Positions 60,449 to 64,000 of a DNA stretch of 64,000 nucleotides are shown piece after piece (within the stretch, counting starts at the first letter, position 1; each line of letters begins with the position of its first letter). The DNA is taken from positions 1,216,001-1,280,000 of the forward strand of contig CAVYYI010000001.1 in assembly GCA_963772725.1 (NCBI GenBank). Direction: 5' to 3'. Both the position numbers and the translations under genes were made by a program. The notes beneath the pieces were generated by a model. That model did not search any database. It worked only from the letters and a program-made list of their open reading frames with translations, and was not told where the DNA came from. The stretch is from an uncultured Phycisphaerales bacterium. GTDB lineage: Bacteria > Planctomycetota > Phycisphaerae > Sedimentisphaerales > Anaerobacaceae.

Positions 60449-60468
60449 TTTATTTATCCTTACCTGAC

Positions 60469-60499
60469 AAAAAAAGCGGGCTTCACAAGGAAGCCCGCT
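60469..60499 (-). terminator. Intrinsic terminator after groEL
   Basis: Minus strand AGCGGGCTTCCTTGTGAAGCCCGC followed by a T run. Confidence 0.85.
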
Positions 60500-60515
60500 A
60501 AGTTTATCGTCACTT

Positions 60516-62164
<1,649 letters not shown>

Positions 62165-62455
62165 TTATTCTTCAATGACTGCCATAATATCAGATTCATC
62201 CATAATCAGATATTCTTTGCCGTCCACTTTAATTTCCGTTCCTGCATAACTGGTGAAGAGCACCATGTCGCCCTTCTTAACCTGCACTTTTTTCAGCGTC
62301 CCGTCATCGAGAACCTTGCCCTCTCCGGCAGCGACGACTTTGCCTTTTCTGGGTTTTTCCTTCGCGGTGTCCGGCAGTACTATTCCGCCGGCAGTTTTGT
62401 TTTCCGCCTCAAGACGCTGTACAAGCACTTTGTCCGCCAATGGTCGAATCTTCAT
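62165..62455 (-). CDS. groES: Co-chaperonin GroES
   Basis: [32 protein letters not shown]. Confidence 0.97.
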   Translation of the reverse strand: MKIRPLADKVLVQRLEAENKTAGGIVLPDTAKEKPRKGKVVAAGEGKVLDDGTLKKVQVKKGDMVLFTSYAGTEIKVDGKEYLIMDESDIMAVIEE

Positions 62456-62498
62456 AAGTTCTTACTCCTTCTAAAAAAAATTAATAACCTTATTTATC

Positions 62499-62912
62499 TC
62501 ACCTTGAAAAAATACAGTTTCTGTATTTCTTCGTAAACATTCTATCCAACTGCTCCAGCAAAACACTCATATCAACAGGCTTATCTATAACACTGAAAAC
62601 ATCAAGCTCCAGAGCCTTGCCAAGCATTTTTTCTTCCGCCTGTCCGGTCAGCAAAATACAAGGCAGCCGCGGATAGCTCATCCTGATAATCTTTATGGTT
62701 GTAAGGCCGTTTGATTCCTCGCAATCCATATCAACGATTGTCGCATGTATCCGTTTCTGCCTGATAACGTCCACAAACTCCGCGGGCCTGCGGGCAACCA
62801 GAAAATTAATCCCGCGAGGCTCGAATATACTGCGCACCGCCTGAGGCCATGCCCAGTCAGCGGCACTTGCCAAAACATTAACCTCATCAAATTTTGTATA
62901 GTCTCTGACCAT
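62499..62912 (-). CDS. Stand-alone receiver-domain protein
   Basis: ATIVDMD, GLTTIKIIR, PCILLTG, IDKP; first acidic pair atypical. Confidence 0.8.
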   Translation of the reverse strand: MVRDYTKFDEVNVLASAADWAWPQAVRSIFEPRGINFLVARRPAEFVDVIRQKRIHATIVDMDCEESNGLTTIKIIRMSYPRLPCILLTGQAEEKMLGKALELDVFSVIDKPVDMSVLLEQLDRMFTKKYRNCIFSR

Positions 62913-62926
62913 AACGCCTTTATTTG

Positions 62927-62942
62927 TGCAAATACCGTGCCA
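62927..62942 (-). promoter_or_regulatory. Sigma-54 -24/-12 promoter consensus
   Basis: Minus strand TGGCAC GGTAT TTGCA, 15 bp upstream of the receiver gene ATG. Confidence 0.7.
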
Positions 62943-63077
62943 TATGCCGTTTTTTTATGACATATCGATATAACATCCTGTAAATAATTAACTTATATAA
63001 CATAATCTCCCGCGTGAGTCTATGGCAAAATTGCAGTCGCAAAGCTTTACCACCCTGCCAGACTGACAGAAAAGGCA

Positions 63078-64000
<923 letters not shown>

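Overview
Bacterial chromosomal segment, most likely from a Planctomycetota (Phycisphaerae/Sedimentisphaerales-like) genome. The taxonomy is inferred from the DUF1559-like pilin, the PEP-CTERM gene, D/E-P/A-N-rich linkers and the integrase tail. Core genes: hisF/hisH, glmS, a type II secretion cluster (gspE-F-G-H-I-J-K-L-M-C-D, no gspO), xth, tRNA-Gln, galK-like, galM, lemA/htpX, tolC, pgl, tRNA-Glu, a ferredoxin, amrB, purE, waaF-like, a B12 radical SAM gene, groES/groEL and partial mutS. Accessory content: a type IIG/IIL R-M gene; a defence island (MTase-Mrr fusion, GIY-YIG-RAMA protein, HEPN protein); two complete IS elements with target duplications (ISAs1, IS982); an AraC-linked GDP-mannose-epimerase-like operon; and a 6.7 kb element integrated in the 3' end of tRNA-Glu. 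The strongest finding is that this element's att site lies inside its integrase gene. Integration replaces a 65-aa C-terminal tail with 3 residues, and it separates int from a coupled chain of small RIE-motif paralogues and a TerS-like HTH gene, consistent with an integration-state switch in a satellite-like element. Also notable: stacked 7- and 9-nt-period repeat tracts 3' of the defence genes, and a 10 x 21 bp palindromic array upstream of tolC. Many conserved genes (groEL, glmS, mutS, hisF) carry frameshifts that are most likely sequencing/assembly indels, so affected gene boundaries are approximate. All family assignments come from motif recognition; no database searches were run.
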